A DNA stretch of 63,996 nucleotides, filler included, from Bacteriovoracaceae bacterium (GTDB lineage: Bacteria > Bdellovibrionota > Bacteriovoracia > Bacteriovoracales > Bacteriovoracaceae), in NCBI GenBank assembly GCA_018649885.1. It is 7 parts of 7 records of this genome, joined end to end, with 100 filler letters (N's around TTAATTAATTAA, not from the genome) between each part and the next. Parts side by side here need not be neighbours in the genome. Positions count along the whole stretch, not along the records: positions 1 to 17,306 come from JABIHA010000030.1; 6 more parts are not named here. One strand, written 5' to 3'. The notes beneath the pieces are model-generated. The model was not told where the DNA came from. It did no database searches and saw only the letters and a list, made by a program, of their open reading frames with translations. How positions within the stretch are numbered: position 1 is the first letter of the stretch; each line of letters begins with the position of its first letter. This document shows positions 1 through 9,989 of the stretch, piece by piece. The position numbers were made by a program, and so were the translations under genes.

Positions 1-106
1 CACAAATGGCGACTTTCTTTCCAAGTCCTCCCGACCATCGGGCGCAGCGAACCCCACCTGATCCTCCACCTATAACAAATAAATCGTAATCGTAATCGTA
101 ACTCAT
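1..106 (-). CDS. gor: Glutathione-disulfide reductase, 5' end (runs off window)
   Basis: Manual translation from ATG at 106: [35 protein letters not shown], the FAD-binding GxGxGG start typical of Gor. ATGA overlap with the stop of the upstream methyltransferase. Not in the ORF track. Confidence 0.85.
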   Translation of the reverse strand, partial: MSYDYDYDLFVIGGGSGGVRCARWSGGLGKKVAIC

Positions 107-900
107 GATAATTCCTTTTCAAAAACTCGAAATAATATAGGGGAGAATTGACCAACCCCCAAGGGAAGTGCTTCATCAAAAAAATGATTGAGCATAGAAT
201 ATTTATTCTTAGTGGTAGAATTTCTTGTTATGGGATGAAAAACTCTACTCAGAAAAAAATGTGTTGAAAGTGAGTCTTTTGGTAATTCGCCGTAAACTTC
301 ATTAAGGCCTATTCCCTTAAGTTTGCCAGTGATTCCCTCAGAGAGATATTTATTGTGCTTTGAAGGGAAAATTTCAGATAATCCATTTTGGGCGCGCGCA
401 ATATTTAGATTGTGAAGGGGCATCTTGAAAGACTCTATCATCAGGTAGTGGCCCCCAGGGGCGAGGCAGTGTGCGATATTTTTAATGGCCTGGTTTTGCT
501 GTTTTGTAGAGAGAAGGTTAATGAGAGATCTTTCAGTAATCACCATATCAAATTTTTCAGAGAAGTCTGAAGCCTTTCTCATATCCCCATGAATAAAATT
601 GATACCCGGTAATTTCCTTTGCTGGCAGAGCTTAAAAAGATCGGGAGAGTATTCAAGGCCTGTAAGCTCCATTTCTGGGAAAAATTCAGCTAACACACTC
701 AAAAGGTATCCATTTCCGCAGCCTACATCTAGAAGTCTTGGAAATCTTCCATACTTATGGGTGAAGTTATAGAGTTGGGCCAAGACAAACTCTATTTCAA
801 GCTCCCTAATAAAGGGATCTTGCATGCTAGAGGTTGGGAGAAGACCAAAGTTTTTGGCCACTTTCTCGTAGTGTTTTTGGACGTATTGTTCATTTGCCAT
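103..900 (-). CDS. Class I SAM-dependent methyltransferase
   Basis: LLDVGCGNG motif I, GLEYS, GDMR, FDMVIT and LAPGG motifs. Confidence 0.9.
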   Translation of the reverse strand: MANEQYVQKHYEKVAKNFGLLPTSSMQDPFIRELEIEFVLAQLYNFTHKYGRFPRLLDVGCGNGYLLSVLAEFFPEMELTGLEYSPDLFKLCQQRKLPGINFIHGDMRKASDFSEKFDMVITERSLINLLSTKQQNQAIKNIAHCLAPGGHYLMIESFKMPLHNLNIARAQNGLSEIFPSKHNKYLSEGITGKLKGIGLNEVYGELPKDSLSTHFFLSRVFHPITRNSTTKNKYSMLNHFFDEALPLGVGQFSPILFRVFEKELS

Positions 901-1027
901 GAACTATCTTAGTCCTGAATTTTGATTTTAAAAAGCATGGACCTCGCAGCATTTGTCACTTTCTGTAAGAAAGTTTTCTCTTGCAAAATTTATTATCTGG
1001 CATTAGTGTGAAGGTGAAGAGGTAGCC

Positions 1028-1120
1028 GTGAGAAATTTGAATACCGACATTCTCATAAGTGAAAGAATTAGCAATTGCGCTTTTGCCTCTATGCCCGTGG
1101 GATTTAAATACCTGGGATAG
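1028..1120 (+). CDS. Putative 30-aa leader peptide (uORF) upstream of the ABC exporter
   Basis: GAGG RBS, then GTG...TAG encoding (M)RNLNTDILISERISNCAFASMPVGFKYLG*; the stop codon lies at the base of hairpin 1120-1153. Confidence 0.5.
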   Translation: MRNLNTDILISERISNCAFASMPVGFKYLG

Positions 1121-1196
1121 TCTGACCTACTCACTAGGACTTCTAGGCCAGACCAAAACCAAAATCCAGTCCTCATTCATTTTTTACAATTTATAC

Positions 1197-1301
1197 TATA
1201 CTGATTCCAGTTTGGATTTCAAGTGAGTGGATGACGAGGAAGGCGTGTAGCACACTCCGACGAGGAATCCGCCGCTTGAAATCCAAACTGGGATCAGTAT
1301 A
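1197..1301. repeat. 105-bp palindromic element (MITE/RPE-like)
   Basis: 27-bp arms TATACTGATTCCAGTTTGGATTTCAAG / CTTGAAATCCAAACTGGGATCAGTATA (one G-U pair); pairing extends inward; TATA at both ends. Confidence 0.8.
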
Positions 1302-1317
1302 ATTCCAGGGAATAACT

Positions 1318-2304
1318 ATGAGTTACGCAGTCGCTGTTAGCAATATGACTAAAGATTTTGTCTTAAAGGAGCCGGCCAAGGGTTTTGTAGGCAATTTAAA
1401 ATCACTGATAAGTCCAAAGTTTAATACTTTTAGGGCCGTAGACAATATTAGCTTTAAGATCGAAAGAGGGGAGAGGCTTGCCTTTATTGGCCCAAACGGG
1501 GCCGGGAAATCTACATCTATAAAAATGATGAGTGGTATCTTGCATCCTACTTCTGGTGATATCTCAGTACTGGGTTTGACTCCCGGGAAGGATAGAACTC
1601 AGCTCGGTTACAAAATTGGAACTGTTTTTGGGCAAAGAAGTCAGCTTTGGTATCACCTTCCCGCAGGCGACACTTTTGATTTACTTGCTAGGGTCTATGA
1701 TCTTAACCCCAAGGCTTACAGAGAGAAAAAAAATGAACTAGTAAAACTCTTTGAAATAAAACATTTACTAGATCAGCCGGTGAGAAAGCTCTCTCTTGGT
1801 CAAAGAATGCGTTGTGAGGTGGTGGCTTCGCTTTTACATGGCCCTGAAATTGTCTTTTTAGATGAGCCGACAATTGGTCTTGATGTGACTGCAAAATCTA
1901 TTATCAGAGATTTAATCAAAGAGAGAAGTCAGCGCTTTGGTACAACTGTATTTTTGACCTCACATGACACAGGAGATATGGAAAGAGTTTGCGATAGAGT
2001 GATTGTGATTAATCACGGACGAGTTTTATTTGATGACACTATTGAGAAACTTCGCGCTCGCTATATTAAGAAAAAAAGAGTCACCCTGATGACAGCTGAA
2101 GAGGATCTTCATTTTGAGGCGAGGGGAGTGAATTGGCTTGAGAAAAAACCACATAAATTCATCCTCGATGTAGAGGTAGATAAAACGCCAATTGATGAAG
2201 TCATTGCGACTGCACTTAAACATGCAAGGATACGCGACTTAACGGTAGAAGATCCCCAAATGGAAGATGTGATTAAGTTTATTTACCGAGCGGATAAGGA
2301 GTGA
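1318..2304 (+). CDS. ABC-2 exporter ATP-binding protein
   Basis: GPNGAGKS Walker A, LSLGQ signature, VFLDEPT Walker B, TSH switch. Confidence 0.95.
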   Translation: MSYAVAVSNMTKDFVLKEPAKGFVGNLKSLISPKFNTFRAVDNISFKIERGERLAFIGPNGAGKSTSIKMMSGILHPTSGDISVLGLTPGKDRTQLGYKIGTVFGQRSQLWYHLPAGDTFDLLARVYDLNPKAYREKKNELVKLFEIKHLLDQPVRKLSLGQRMRCEVVASLLHGPEIVFLDEPTIGLDVTAKSIIRDLIKERSQRFGTTVFLTSHDTGDMERVCDRVIVINHGRVLFDDTIEKLRARYIKKKRVTLMTAEEDLHFEARGVNWLEKKPHKFILDVEVDKTPIDEVIATALKHARIRDLTVEDPQMEDVIKFIYRADKE

Positions 2305-2307
2305 GAG

Positions 2308-3081
2308 ATGGGAAAATATTTGAGTTTTTCAATTATTGCCATCAAACATGGCTATAAAAATAAAGGCGAGACAATCGCTAGATTTGCCTTTTACGGCATA
2401 ATTCTGCTTGTTTTCTCTTCACTATGGAATGCGGTAGGAAGTGAGAAAATTGGTCTAAAGCCGAGAGACATGATTTGGTATTTGGCCATGACAGAGTGGA
2501 TTGTACTATCTTATCCCCTCATTCATACAGCGATTCAAGAAGATATTCGCACAGGTAATGTTGCCTACTTATTAACAAGACCAATCCCCTATATTTGGGT
2601 GAAGTTTTTTGAGGGGATGGGAACACTACTTTTAAGAATGCTAATTTTGGCCTTTGCAGGATTTGGTTTTGCTTACTTTATTACAGGAGGTTTGCCTACA
2701 AATCCACTTGGTCTACTACTTTATTTTCCTGTAGGGATTTTTGCATCGATGGTAGTGACTCTCTATCAATCTATAATTGGCCTTTTTAGTTTTTGGCTTC
2801 AAGATGCGACTCCTATTTATTGGATCTTTTCAAAGTGTAACTTTATTTTAGGTGGAATGATGTTACCCCTTGATATTTACCCTGAGTGGCTTCAAAAGAT
2901 TGCAATGTTGACACCTTTTTCTAGCTTTCTTTATTTACCTGTTAAGGCCTGTTTAGAGCTAGATGCCTCTTTACTATTAGAGGCATTGATAAAACTTACT
3001 GTATGGGCAGTGATTGGTTTAATCGCTATGCAGTTAATATACCTTCGGGGTGTAAAAAAACTCAACGTGAATGGTGGATGA
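2308..3081 (+). CDS. ABC-2 family permease (DUF990-type)
   Basis: About 6 TM segments; DIRTGNVAYLLTRP and LGGMMLPLDIYP motifs; operonic with the ATPase. Confidence 0.85.
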   Translation: MGKYLSFSIIAIKHGYKNKGETIARFAFYGIILLVFSSLWNAVGSEKIGLKPRDMIWYLAMTEWIVLSYPLIHTAIQEDIRTGNVAYLLTRPIPYIWVKFFEGMGTLLLRMLILAFAGFGFAYFITGGLPTNPLGLLLYFPVGIFASMVVTLYQSIIGLFSFWLQDATPIYWIFSKCNFILGGMMLPLDIYPEWLQKIAMLTPFSSFLYLPVKACLELDASLLLEALIKLTVWAVIGLIAMQLIYLRGVKKLNVNGG

Positions 3082-3082
3082 A

Positions 3083-3880
3083 ATGAATTTAAAAAATAAT
3101 TACGAGTTTTTTACTCATTTACTTAAGATAAATTTAAAATCATTAACAAGTTTAAGAGGGGCCTTCCTTTTGCAAGCAACGTTTATGATTATTAATAATC
3201 TCGTTTTCTTTACCATGTGGTGGGTATTTTTTAAGAAATTCAAGAGTATTAAGGGTTGGGAGATCACCGATCTATGTGCACTTTATGGAGTCGTCGCTTT
3301 TGTTTTTGGTGTCTCAGTTATCTTTTTTGGCGGAGTGAGGAGTTTGGCCAAAATGATAGATGGTGGGGACTTGGATGTTTATTTGACCCAACCAAAAAAT
3401 ACTCTTTTCTATGCTTCAAGTTCCCAGTCTCATGCATCGGGATGGGGAGATGTGGTTAGTGGAATCATCTTACTTTGGTTTTCAGGTTATTTAACATTTG
3501 GAAGTTTACCACTTATGCTCACTGTTCTTTTTTGTAGCTTTGTTGTTTTTGTATGCATCGGAATCTTATTCAACTCACTTGCTTTTTGGATGGGGCCAAT
3601 GGATAGCTTGGCACGTCAGTTCTATGATTTTGTGGTGACTTTTAGTATCTACCCGCAAGTAATATTTTCTCAATTCCTTAAAATGATACTTTTTACTGTC
3701 ATTCCAGGTGGCTTTATAGGGCATTTGCCAGTGTCACTATTGAGAGAATTTTCTTGGTCCAACTTGGGGTTTTTAGTAGTTGGCTCAGCCGGATTTTTTA
3801 TTTTAAGCGTAGTGGTATTTAATAGAGGACTCAAGAAATATGAGTCCGGAAATCGCTTTATAGGAGTTGGTACTAATTAA
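3083..3880 (+). CDS. ABC-2 family permease (DUF990-type), second subunit
   Basis: Multiple TM segments; GDLDVYLTQP motif; C-terminal GLKKYESG; likely start ATG 3083. Confidence 0.85.
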   Translation: MNLKNNYEFFTHLLKINLKSLTSLRGAFLLQATFMIINNLVFFTMWWVFFKKFKSIKGWEITDLCALYGVVAFVFGVSVIFFGGVRSLAKMIDGGDLDVYLTQPKNTLFYASSSQSHASGWGDVVSGIILLWFSGYLTFGSLPLMLTVLFCSFVVFVCIGILFNSLAFWMGPMDSLARQFYDFVVTFSIYPQVIFSQFLKMILFTVIPGGFIGHLPVSLLREFSWSNLGFLVVGSAGFFILSVVVFNRGLKKYESGNRFIGVGTN

Positions 3881-4947
3881 AAATAAAGTTGTATTTGGGC
3901 CTTTACAATATTGTTGTGAATTCGAGATAGTCCTCTTTTAGGATCGGCAATAGTCGTTTTTGCGGTATACTCTGTAGTGAATTTTAGATTTTGTCCCTCA
4001 AGAAAGTAATTGGAGACAAGGCCCCACTCGTGGGTGTCATTATTATCACCATCGAGCTTAATTTCAGCAAACTTAAAAGCTAGCTCCCACAGTCTTGGAA
4101 CAACCATTTTGCCAACTTGGATATTGTGGCCAATGCCATCTAGTGTAGCGACACCATCACCATACTCGTGGTCTCTTATGTAGATGGCGCCATTGTATGA
4201 CCAGCCCATCAACTTAAAGCTAGAGCTGGCTCCATATGAGTTTATATATTTTTTTGAATAAATTGATTTTTGTCTATGGGCGTGTAGTCCAAAATTGAGC
4301 CTGATATCTGTATTATCATCGCGGTCTGATTCCTCCCATTTAAATGGACCTAGGGGTGCCCAAAATATTGAAACTACATTTTGAAAGTGGGTTCCCACTG
4401 ATTTATAGCTTCCAATATGGTAAGTGAGTCCCTCTAGTATGAAATTACCCCATAGGCTGACACCTAATTCATTTGAATGAGTGAACTCATTTTCTACAAT
4501 ACTTCGATCTGTAAATTGGTACTTTTTACTTGAGATCATCCTTTGCATTCCAAAAGGAACTTTTTGTTTGCCCAAACGAAATTGAAGCCAACTAAGGGGA
4601 GCAAAGTTTAAATTGTACTCTTCAAGGCTATTACTGCTTACATCATATTCTAACTTGTAGGTGTATAGAGGTCTTGCAAAGAACCCATCAAAGTAAAATA
4701 CGGCCCTGCGAAAGTTATAATATTTATCAGAGGTTTCACTCGCCCCCGTAACGACTTTTTCATTATAGTAGTAAAATTGTAAGTAGGTGTGTGGGTGAAA
4801 AGAGAAGTCATCAGTTTCAAGGTAGAGCTTAGTTTTAAGCTTGTGCTCTACTAAGGACATCCGATCTTCAAGTGTTTGACCAGCAAAAGTTGCATTGGCA
4901 AATATTAATAGACTTAGAGATACCATTAGATTTTTCATCATTTTCAC
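3877..4947 (-). CDS. Outer-membrane porin (OprO/OprP phosphate-selective type)
   Basis: Signal peptide; FRRA..F.G and GKQKVPFG..R..SS....FTDRS motifs; C-terminal QLYF beta-signal. Confidence 0.75.
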   Translation of the reverse strand: MKMMKNLMVSLSLLIFANATFAGQTLEDRMSLVEHKLKTKLYLETDDFSFHPHTYLQFYYYNEKVVTGASETSDKYYNFRRAVFYFDGFFARPLYTYKLEYDVSSNSLEEYNLNFAPLSWLQFRLGKQKVPFGMQRMISSKKYQFTDRSIVENEFTHSNELGVSLWGNFILEGLTYHIGSYKSVGTHFQNVVSIFWAPLGPFKWEESDRDDNTDIRLNFGLHAHRQKSIYSKKYINSYGASSSFKLMGWSYNGAIYIRDHEYGDGVATLDGIGHNIQVGKMVVPRLWELAFKFAEIKLDGDNNDTHEWGLVSNYFLEGQNLKFTTEYTAKTTIADPKRGLSRIHNNIVKAQIQLYF

Positions 4948-5029
4948 CTAACAATGACTGGGCCTAGGGACCAGTCGAGTAATTATTTATGAGTTAGGTT
5001 ACCCGGTGTTGCACAGAAAGATAAGTGAA

Positions 5030-7252
5030 TTATCTAGGTACGGGCTTATTTAAGTAGCAATCTGGATTGGGTTCTTCTGGATATTCGACGAATTTTTCCA
5101 AAATAGTGACAAGGTTGAAGCGATTGCAGTGAACTTTTGATTTCTTGTAAAAAAGATTAAAAGTTCCATGGAAAACAACTAAATCAATTATATCCTTAGT
5201 CGTTTTAGGAACTTTTCCTTTGATAAGAATGTAGTAGAAAACTGTCCTAGCTAGAAAAGATGTTGCCGGTGTGAGTCCACCCCTTTCAACAATCACTGGC
5301 TTGAAGTGTTCAATGGCCACTTCCAATTCTGAAAATTCAAGATCGCCATCTTGGTTGGTATCAAATCTTAAAAATGTCTCTTCAATACTCATCATGGCAC
5401 CCGTGAGAAGTCCAACATCTCTTTGTGATATAAGTACTTCATTTTTATCATTGTAATCATATGGACACTGTCTCCCAAAGCGACTGAGCGCTCTGGTAAA
5501 ATCAAAGCTATCTTCTTCGTTTAAGTTATTTACAAAACTGCTAAACTTAGGAAGATATTTATCTAACCCTTTATAGTAATTAAAAAAGTTTTCATAAAAG
5601 TATTTGGTAGAGAATCTTTCTTTTTCTTCATCAACAAAGCACTCTTTATCATCCTTGCATGATTTATAGAAATCATCCCAGTATTCAAGTGCCGCATCTA
5701 AACCTGAAAGTTGCATGTTAATCCAAGATACTAACTCTGGAACTTCAAATTTTTTGTTTCCATTTGATATTGTTCTAAAGAAGTTAATCATCATAGATTG
5801 TGTTTCAGTGAATAGAGTTATGGGATTTCTCCATGTACCAAGTTCTATGAAAACTTCATCATACTTTATCACAATATCTAGAAGTTCATCTTCGGTTAGG
5901 CTATCTTCTTCAGCTCCATAGGCCTTAATCGCAATCTTAAGAAGGTATTCATAGATTCCAATTTCAGCAATGCCAGTGAGGCTTCGCTCATATTCTCTGC
6001 CAATATAAACGAGACTACTATCTCCTTTCATGAATCTGTATTTATCAAGAATTCTTTTGAAATCGATATTATATTGATTGTCACTTGAATTTACGACTGT
6101 AGCATCAACTAACTTTGAGCTATCTATTTTATCTCTACTTAAAAGGTAAGTTTCATTTAGAAACCACATTCTATTGAAGTATTCGAGCATACTGAAAATA
6201 TCTTCAGCATAGTTTAGAATCTTATCAATATTATCGTAACTAAAATACTCGTCTCCTCCAATAATCGATGATTCTTTGGCCTCGTAGAGGGAGTCTTCAA
6301 ATGGAGTTAAATCAAAGAGGTATTTTTCAAAATGTTTTGATACATAAATAAGATCTTGAATGGAGAAATATTTTTCATTTTTTCCATCCTTATGAAAGAG
6401 AAATTCTCTGACATCTCCAGTTGCTCGTTTTAAAAATTGTAGGTATTGCTCTTTGTTCGAAAAATTTGCTTTTGAACCAATCACAAGGTCGTAGGCAAGC
6501 ATAATTCCTGTGACTGAGTTATCAAAGAGCATTAAAAACTCATCATAGGTGAGAATATTTTCTTTTCCGCCTACAAGCATTGGTTTGATAAAGAGCATTT
6601 GCTTAATATCTTCAATTAAGTCTTCTGAATAATCATTAAGAAAGACATTGAGTATTTCCTCTATGGGGTAGCTTGGACGACCTTGATCGTATTTCAAATA
6701 AACTAGTTTGATCTGCTGAATTAGCTCTGTAATACTTTTTTCTAACTTATCTCGATTATCATAAAACGTGACTTCATCTATTTTTCCCTCTACTTCAATA
6801 AGCTCAAAAGCACTTGCAATATCTCTAACTTCTCTATTGATGATAATAAGTAGATCAAATAGTGGGTCAAGGCGATCAATGGCTATCATTCCTCTCTTGT
6901 CATTGAATATATAATAATTGACTTCAAATAGAGTTTTAATACCTTGAACAACCTTATCGTTGCCATTCATAAAGGTAAGAAGAAATTGAATTAACTCATC
7001 TACTTGAATGAAGCCTGCATATTTTCGTTGGTCAACTTGTGCATAGGTTTTCAGCTGATTGCTTATGCATAGAAGATCAGCTTGTAAATCTTCTTCCATA
7101 AAGTTTGCCAATTTCTCCGAATCAACCTCACAGGTAATAGCGCCATCGATATTGGCCTCCATAACAGATGCATCGGGAGGTGGATCATTGAATTCACAAT
7201 TGGATAGAAATAGACACAATGTCATCAATGCAAAAAACTTTACCTTACCCAT
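5030..7252 (-). CDS. Large acidic exported protein/lipoprotein with an EF-hand-like motif
   Basis: Lipobox-like LSNC; DTNQDGDLEFSE EF-hand loop near the C-terminus; 740 aa. Confidence 0.7.
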   Translation of the reverse strand: MGKVKFFALMTLCLFLSNCEFNDPPPDASVMEANIDGAITCEVDSEKLANFMEEDLQADLLCISNQLKTYAQVDQRKYAGFIQVDELIQFLLTFMNGNDKVVQGIKTLFEVNYYIFNDKRGMIAIDRLDPLFDLLIIINREVRDIASAFELIEVEGKIDEVTFYDNRDKLEKSITELIQQIKLVYLKYDQGRPSYPIEEILNVFLNDYSEDLIEDIKQMLFIKPMLVGGKENILTYDEFLMLFDNSVTGIMLAYDLVIGSKANFSNKEQYLQFLKRATGDVREFLFHKDGKNEKYFSIQDLIYVSKHFEKYLFDLTPFEDSLYEAKESSIIGGDEYFSYDNIDKILNYAEDIFSMLEYFNRMWFLNETYLLSRDKIDSSKLVDATVVNSSDNQYNIDFKRILDKYRFMKGDSSLVYIGREYERSLTGIAEIGIYEYLLKIAIKAYGAEEDSLTEDELLDIVIKYDEVFIELGTWRNPITLFTETQSMMINFFRTISNGNKKFEVPELVSWINMQLSGLDAALEYWDDFYKSCKDDKECFVDEEKERFSTKYFYENFFNYYKGLDKYLPKFSSFVNNLNEEDSFDFTRALSRFGRQCPYDYNDKNEVLISQRDVGLLTGAMMSIEETFLRFDTNQDGDLEFSELEVAIEHFKPVIVERGGLTPATSFLARTVFYYILIKGKVPKTTKDIIDLVVFHGTFNLFYKKSKVHCNRFNLVTILEKFVEYPEEPNPDCYLNKPVPR

Positions 7253-7297
7253 CCTTGGCCTTCTTTAATTTTAAAAAAAAATTAATCAGTTAAGTTC

Positions 7298-7324
7298 TTT
7301 TCGGTGCAACTTGAAAAGTATTTA
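7298..7324 (-). promoter_or_regulatory. sigma28 (FliA)-like promoter
   Basis: TAAA-N15-ACCGAAAA on the minus strand about 45 nt upstream of the 740-aa gene (consensus TAAA-N15-GCCGATAA). Confidence 0.5.
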
Positions 7325-7353
7325 GAAAACAAGGTATTAGCGAATTTTCTCTT

Positions 7354-7848
7354 CTATAAGATCATTCTTAAGCTAGTCTTCATGTTGGATAATGTTGCCT
7401 GGATTAGTAGGTTAACGGCCAGATCTCTTTTCACTTCTACGTTATCAATATAAAGGTAGAGGGTTCTCATCCAAACCTTCTTAAGTCCTTGGGCAGCTAC
7501 TTTCGCCTCTATTTCAGTACACTGAGTCCACTTGATAAAGACTCTGGTGAGGAACTCTATGAACTCGCCATTAATCCAATCTTCGAAGATTCGCATACGC
7601 GAGTCGAGGTCTTTGCCGAGACCGATTTCAGTAAAAAATGTTTGATGGCATTCAATATGCTCAAATATTATTTCAGCAATATCGGGCATCGCCTTATCAA
7701 GGCCTGTGACTTTAAAAGTTTTGAAGTAAGTGCGAATTTTAGTGATTAACTGACTGTTAAAGTCTTCTATCCATCTTTGCTCTAGCTCGGGGCTTAGACC
7801 TTTCGTACCAAGAAATTCTGACAGCATTTGCCCACATTTTACATTCAT
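7354..7848 (-). CDS. Hypothetical protein
   Basis: 164-aa ORF with an AAGG RBS; helical character, no motif recognised. Confidence 0.6.
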   Translation of the reverse strand: MNVKCGQMLSEFLGTKGLSPELEQRWIEDFNSQLITKIRTYFKTFKVTGLDKAMPDIAEIIFEHIECHQTFFTEIGLGKDLDSRMRIFEDWINGEFIEFLTRVFIKWTQCTEIEAKVAAQGLKKVWMRTLYLYIDNVEVKRDLAVNLLIQATLSNMKTSLRMIL

Positions 7849-8031
7849 AATTCACCAACCTTCAAGTAGTTCCAAGGGGATAATAGTCCTAATTTTGCTA
7901 CCAAATGGCCTTATTGAACTATTTGCTTACTAGCATAGTGACAAAGCGTTTCAGCTCTTATGAAAATTCATTATCTTCTTGAGAAACGGGTAAATAGTGC
8001 CGAATAAAGCTATGTAAGAAAGGGTAGGAGA

Positions 8032-8343
8032 TTGAAAATACTACAACAGGTCTTGTTTTTACTTAGTTTTTTTATGGTCGTTTCCATATTAAACCTTGGG
8101 GATAAAAAGAAGGATAAGTGGGTAAAATCGGGTTCGCATCGGCTGCCATCCTCTGTATATCAGGGAGAAGGGCCAGTGCCAGCTAAATATATTTCAGGTC
8201 TCAATATTACCCATCCACGATCAGCAAAGAGACGACTTTCAGACCAAAGATCCCCAGCACAAATGGACTCTGAAGAACTGCAAAAATGGTCCAAATTAGA
8301 GGGCCCGCTTCTAAGAATGCCAGGCCTTATTCGAAGAAATTAA
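8032..8343 (+). CDS. Hypothetical membrane-anchored protein
   Basis: AGGAG RBS + TTG start; N-terminal hydrophobic helix. Confidence 0.55.
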   Translation: MKILQQVLFLLSFFMVVSILNLGDKKKDKWVKSGSHRLPSSVYQGEGPVPAKYISGLNITHPRSAKRRLSDQRSPAQMDSEELQKWSKLEGPLLRMPGLIRRN

Positions 8344-8468
8344 GAGTTCCACCAAATGTTAAGCTCCACTACCGTTTTGGCACTATCATTGCATTTTAGA
8401 TAAGCGGTGGATTTTCTAGTGGTTAAATGGATTCTAACCCAATGATTATTTGTAGAACAGGACGCTCT

Positions 8469-9077
8469 ATGAACAAAATTAAAGGCAATGTGGCCCTCAT
8501 ATTTGCCTGTCTTATCTTTTCTCATAGTGTTTTTGCTAAAACTCTCTATTACTCTTTTGACAAGCTATCTAAAGATCGTCTTCCAAAAAAGATGAAGGTT
8601 CTAGGTGCTAAGTTTACTTCAGGTCTTGAAGGTGAGGGCGCCATTGAATTCGACGGAGAAGTTCAGCTTGTTTACCTGGGGCCCCTTCATATTAAGAAGA
8701 GTTTTAAGGTTGAATTTTCTTTTAAAGCAAAGAAAATTCGGGCCTCAGGCTATCTGGTTGATTCACCCTCCCAGTTTTCTATTTGGCTTGATGATAGAGA
8801 GTTAAAATTTGCGGTTTATGATTTGAAAAATGGACCAAGTGTTGTCAGCTTGAAAGGAGTTACCCCCTATAAACAAAGAGTCAATGTGGTGGCCTCTTAC
8901 AATCATCAAAAGCAGCAGGTTTGTATTGGTGAAAAGGGTGAAGATGCCATTTGCATTAGCGCACTCATTAAGCACAGAGTTTCTGGCAGCCCACTATACT
9001 TAGGACAAAGTCCTAGAGGGAGCCACTATCAAAGCCAATTTATAGGAATTCTAGATGAGCTTAGAGTATGGCACTAA
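8469..9077 (+). CDS. Secreted LamG-like (ConA/jellyroll) domain protein
   Basis: Signal peptide; YYSFD, GAIEFDG, LYLG...FIGILDELRVW motifs typical of LamG_3. Confidence 0.75.
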   Translation: MNKIKGNVALIFACLIFSHSVFAKTLYYSFDKLSKDRLPKKMKVLGAKFTSGLEGEGAIEFDGEVQLVYLGPLHIKKSFKVEFSFKAKKIRASGYLVDSPSQFSIWLDDRELKFAVYDLKNGPSVVSLKGVTPYKQRVNVVASYNHQKQQVCIGEKGEDAICISALIKHRVSGSPLYLGQSPRGSHYQSQFIGILDELRVWH

Positions 9078-9865
9078 AGAAACGACAATAATTTCTTAAT
9101 ATGTCCTGGAATAACGTCAAAATTAGGCATAGTTAAATAAATATACCCACCAACCTTCTTCCGAAGTTTTGTCTTTAGCACTTTTGAGTTTTCATGGACA
9201 AAAAATTCGGGCAGAGCTGCGATTCCTACCCCTGACTCAACCATCTTAATCATGGATGTGATCGAGTTCATTTTATAGATGTGCTGTCCTTTGGCCCTTG
9301 AAAGCTCAAAGAGAAAATCATCTTGGTTATATGTCACCCAGTTATAATCACCAAGCTTCTTGGGATTAATACTCTCTTTACTAACAATCACAATCTCTTC
9401 TGGAATGATTTTTCTCGAACTAAGGTATCCGCTTTGGATATTTTGAGTGGTAAAAATTAAATCTAGCTCTGAGCGATTTAGCTTTTCGATGAGTCCATTT
9501 TCTCCCCCGACAGTCACTTCAAAGGGAAAGTCATTTTTCTTAGAATATTTAATAAGTCTTTTTAAAAGCCAGTTTTCTCCAAACCCTTGAAGGGAGCCAA
9601 TTTTTAGAGGACCAAAATTTTGATCACTAAATTCTTGGTTTAAAAACTGGAATAATGGCATGGCCCTTTCAAAAAGAGAGGAGCCGTCAGGGGTTAGCAT
9701 CACCTTTTGAGGGGATCTTATAAGTACTTGTTTTCCCAATGAGTTTTCCAAGTATTTTATTTGCCGACTGATCGCCGCTTGGGTGAGGCCTAGAGTCTTG
9801 GCCGCTTTGGTGAAACTTAATTCTTTGGCGACCACCATAAAAGTGTCTAAGTATTTGATTTCCAT
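9074..9865 (-). CDS. LysR family transcriptional regulator
   Basis: LSFTKAAKTLGLTQAAISRQIKYLENSLG HTH; C-terminal MVESGVGIAALP; likely start MEIKYL. Confidence 0.95.
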   Translation of the reverse strand: MEIKYLDTFMVVAKELSFTKAAKTLGLTQAAISRQIKYLENSLGKQVLIRSPQKVMLTPDGSSLFERAMPLFQFLNQEFSDQNFGPLKIGSLQGFGENWLLKRLIKYSKKNDFPFEVTVGGENGLIEKLNRSELDLIFTTQNIQSGYLSSRKIIPEEIVIVSKESINPKKLGDYNWVTYNQDDFLFELSRAKGQHIYKMNSITSMIKMVESGVGIAALPEFFVHENSKVLKTKLRKKVGGYIYLTMPNFDVIPGHIKKLLSFL

Positions 9866-9989
9866 AAAACTCATGATACTTAAATAGAGTCTTGAAGTCA
9901 AAAAAGATTCATTTCTATTATGAAGGTCTGCGAAGTATCTTGGTCGGGAAATAGGCTGAACAACTTATTAGTCTTAATAGGAGTAGACC

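Noticed and set aside
83..103. ATCGTA x3 repeat
   Set aside because: It simply encodes YDYDYD at the Gor N-terminus.
7893..7912. sigma54-like GG-N10-GC upstream of the 164-aa gene
   Set aside because: Lacks the TGGC and TTGC context; likely chance.
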